Source: Curvularia clavata
Taxonomy: Eukaryota
NCBI GenBank assembly: GCA_023920165.1
Contig: CP089278.1
Location: 930,001-994,000 of the forward strand
Length of the DNA stretch: 64,000 nucleotides
Reading direction: 5' to 3'
The notes beneath the pieces were generated by a model. It did not search any database and had not been told where the DNA came from. It saw only the letters and a list, made by a program, of their open reading frames with translations. Below are positions 62,159 through 64,000 of this stretch, one piece after another (positions within the stretch are counted from its first letter, which is position 1; the number at the start of each line of letters is the position of its first letter). A program made the translations under genes and the position numbers.

Positions 62159-63618
62159 ATGCGATCATCTTTGCTGCTCGTCTTAGCGGGGGTGACATCG
62201 GCCTCGCTTGGGGCCGCTGAAGCTTCAAGTCAAGCCGCCCAGGTCCCACAGCCCACCGACATACCAATACCAGAGATGGATATGATCAAGGGTGCTCTCG
62301 GATATGCGCAAGCCGCACAAGATACTTTGAACATGGGCGCAATGCCGCCTAGCAATACGCTACCTTCACCCCGCCACAGACAAGAAAAGGCCCATCTCAT
62401 GAAACGAATGGATCGCAAGAGCGGGAAATGGACAACAAATCATCCACGGTACAGGCTGCTTGAGGCACTCTGGGCATATACCCGTCATCGCGAGCGGCAC
62501 ATGGCTGAGCTTGATCGCTGGCGTAGCTTGTACAAGAGCGTGAGCAAGAAGCAGATGAAGGCACGCATTCAACCTTTCATAAATTCTCCATACAATTCTA
62601 ATCATCCCATAGACGCTAGAATCCGTTGTCAGCTACAAAAAGAGACTAGATGAAATCGAAGAACTAATATACACCAATGCAGCCATTTGCCAAAGCATGG
62701 TCCGCCACGCCATGCAATTCTACAACATCGATCAGAAAGAGCTCGATGATCACATGACACGAGCTGAGAAAGATGGACGACAAGCAGATCGCTTTGCAGT
62801 GGCACAGACACTAAAGCACTATGTGCGAGACTGGGCTGATGAAGGGGCCAAAGAGAGAAACGAAGCTTTTCCGTGCATATTGAGCTTGCTAGAAAGTATC
62901 AAATCAGAGTCGTCCGAGGAAACCAAACTCAAGGTTCTGCTACCGGGCTCTGGAATGGGACGTCTCGGCCACGACGTGGCAAAGTTGGGAGGTCTTCTAC
63001 CCCTAAATGCCAGACTTGTGGTGCATATCGCTAAGCATTCGTCTAGGATTCGAAGTAACTCTCAATGAATGGTCCATGTATATGAACGTAGGCTACCGAT
63101 ACATGGACTCACAAACCGCCGTTAATAACCTAACCTTTCATCCATTTATCGACGCCATGTCGCACCATGCCACGCGAGAAGATATGCTCCGCGCTGTATC
63201 CGCACCCAATATCCACCCTCACCCCGACGTCCTCCTCGTCGAAGGCGACTTCAACACCGTTTTTGTCGACCAAACTGCACATTTCGACATCATCGTGACT
63301 CATTTCTTCATCGACACGGCGCGGAACCTCATGGCGTACTTTGACACAATATCACGTGTTTTGAAGCCTGGCGGCCGCTGGATCAATTTTGGGCCGTTGC
63401 TATATGGAACAGGTCCGTTTGTGCAGCTGAGTCTTGATGAGATTGTGGCGGTGGTGGAGGAGATGGGGTTTGTGTTTGAGGATATTGGAGAGGAGTGTGG
63501 GGAGCTGACGTTTGAGGGCGGGAAAGTGAGAAGTAAGGAGGCGGAGTATGGGTTCAACATTAGGGCGTTAACGAGGTATGCATATTTGGCGCAGGTTTGG
63601 ATGGTTAGAAAGACTTGA
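62159..63618 (+). CDS. N2227-family (carnosine N-methyltransferase-like) SAM-dependent methyltransferase
   Basis: LKHYVRDWADEG..ER, VLLPGSGMGRLGHD, VEGDF, VTHFFIDTARN and WINFGPLLY. Introns at 62561 (or 62540)-62612 and 62992-63046. Confidence 0.9.
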
Positions 63619-64000
63619 GATGTATGATTATTTCTCTAATATCGCAGATGTTCATCAATGAAATGTCTATCTAGGGTCTCAAACTTGTATATATACGAAG
63701 GGAGAAGGAGTTTGAAGATATGACTGCCTGGGGTACAAAATGCGATCCAACTCAGAAGATGCATCATGCATCAGCGAGTAAGCGCGCAAAGGATCAAGGT
63801 CGAATATGTTTACATAAGACTCTAACTCACTTTATACCTGGAGTGTGCCGATCTCAGCCCCTGATTTCCTATGACTGGGTACCCTGAACATATCTTAGAG
63901 TTCTTTGCGCGTTCTGGACTCGATCATATCCGACACCATGGTTCGAGATACGATGATAAAGTATGTTTTGGCACGGACCCCTTGCTCCTAGTATGATTAC

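Noticed and set aside
1..64000. CRISPR arrays, rRNA, tRNA, autonomous transposases
   Set aside because: None detected by eye; the sequence is eukaryotic and no ORF shows DDE, reverse transcriptase or Rep/helicase motifs.

Overview
Intron-containing DNA from a filamentous ascomycete (Dothideomycete/Pleosporales-like, inferred from gene families and GT..CTRAC..AG introns of about 50 nt). The backbone of conserved genes is exgD (partial), NMNAT, UFD4-type HECT ligase, a small SET protein, GIT1, a Pth11-like protein, PEX11, ABD1, RPN7, ALT1, a CCCH protein, a Zn2Cys6 transcription factor and an N2227 methyltransferase. Two accessory islands carrying fungal NLR-type non-self-recognition genes interrupt this backbone. 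Island 1 (about 16.6-21.6 kb) is the main finding. An intact, intronless HET-NB-ARC-TPR gene is the only cargo between two diverged inverted repeats of about 300 bp bounded by GTCGAC. The 4.5-kb unit has no transposase and appears to have inserted into, and disrupted, a small secreted cysteine-rich protein gene, so it looks like a non-autonomous mobile NLR cassette. Its TPR array shows RIP-type substitutions but no stop codons. Island 2 (about 42-53 kb) is a head-to-head NLR pair. One gene is a degenerate HET-NACHT-ANK fused across a frameshift to an uncharacterised membrane domain; the other is an intact NACHT-TPR with a ZZ-like zinc finger. All alignments and identities were judged by eye; no searches were run.
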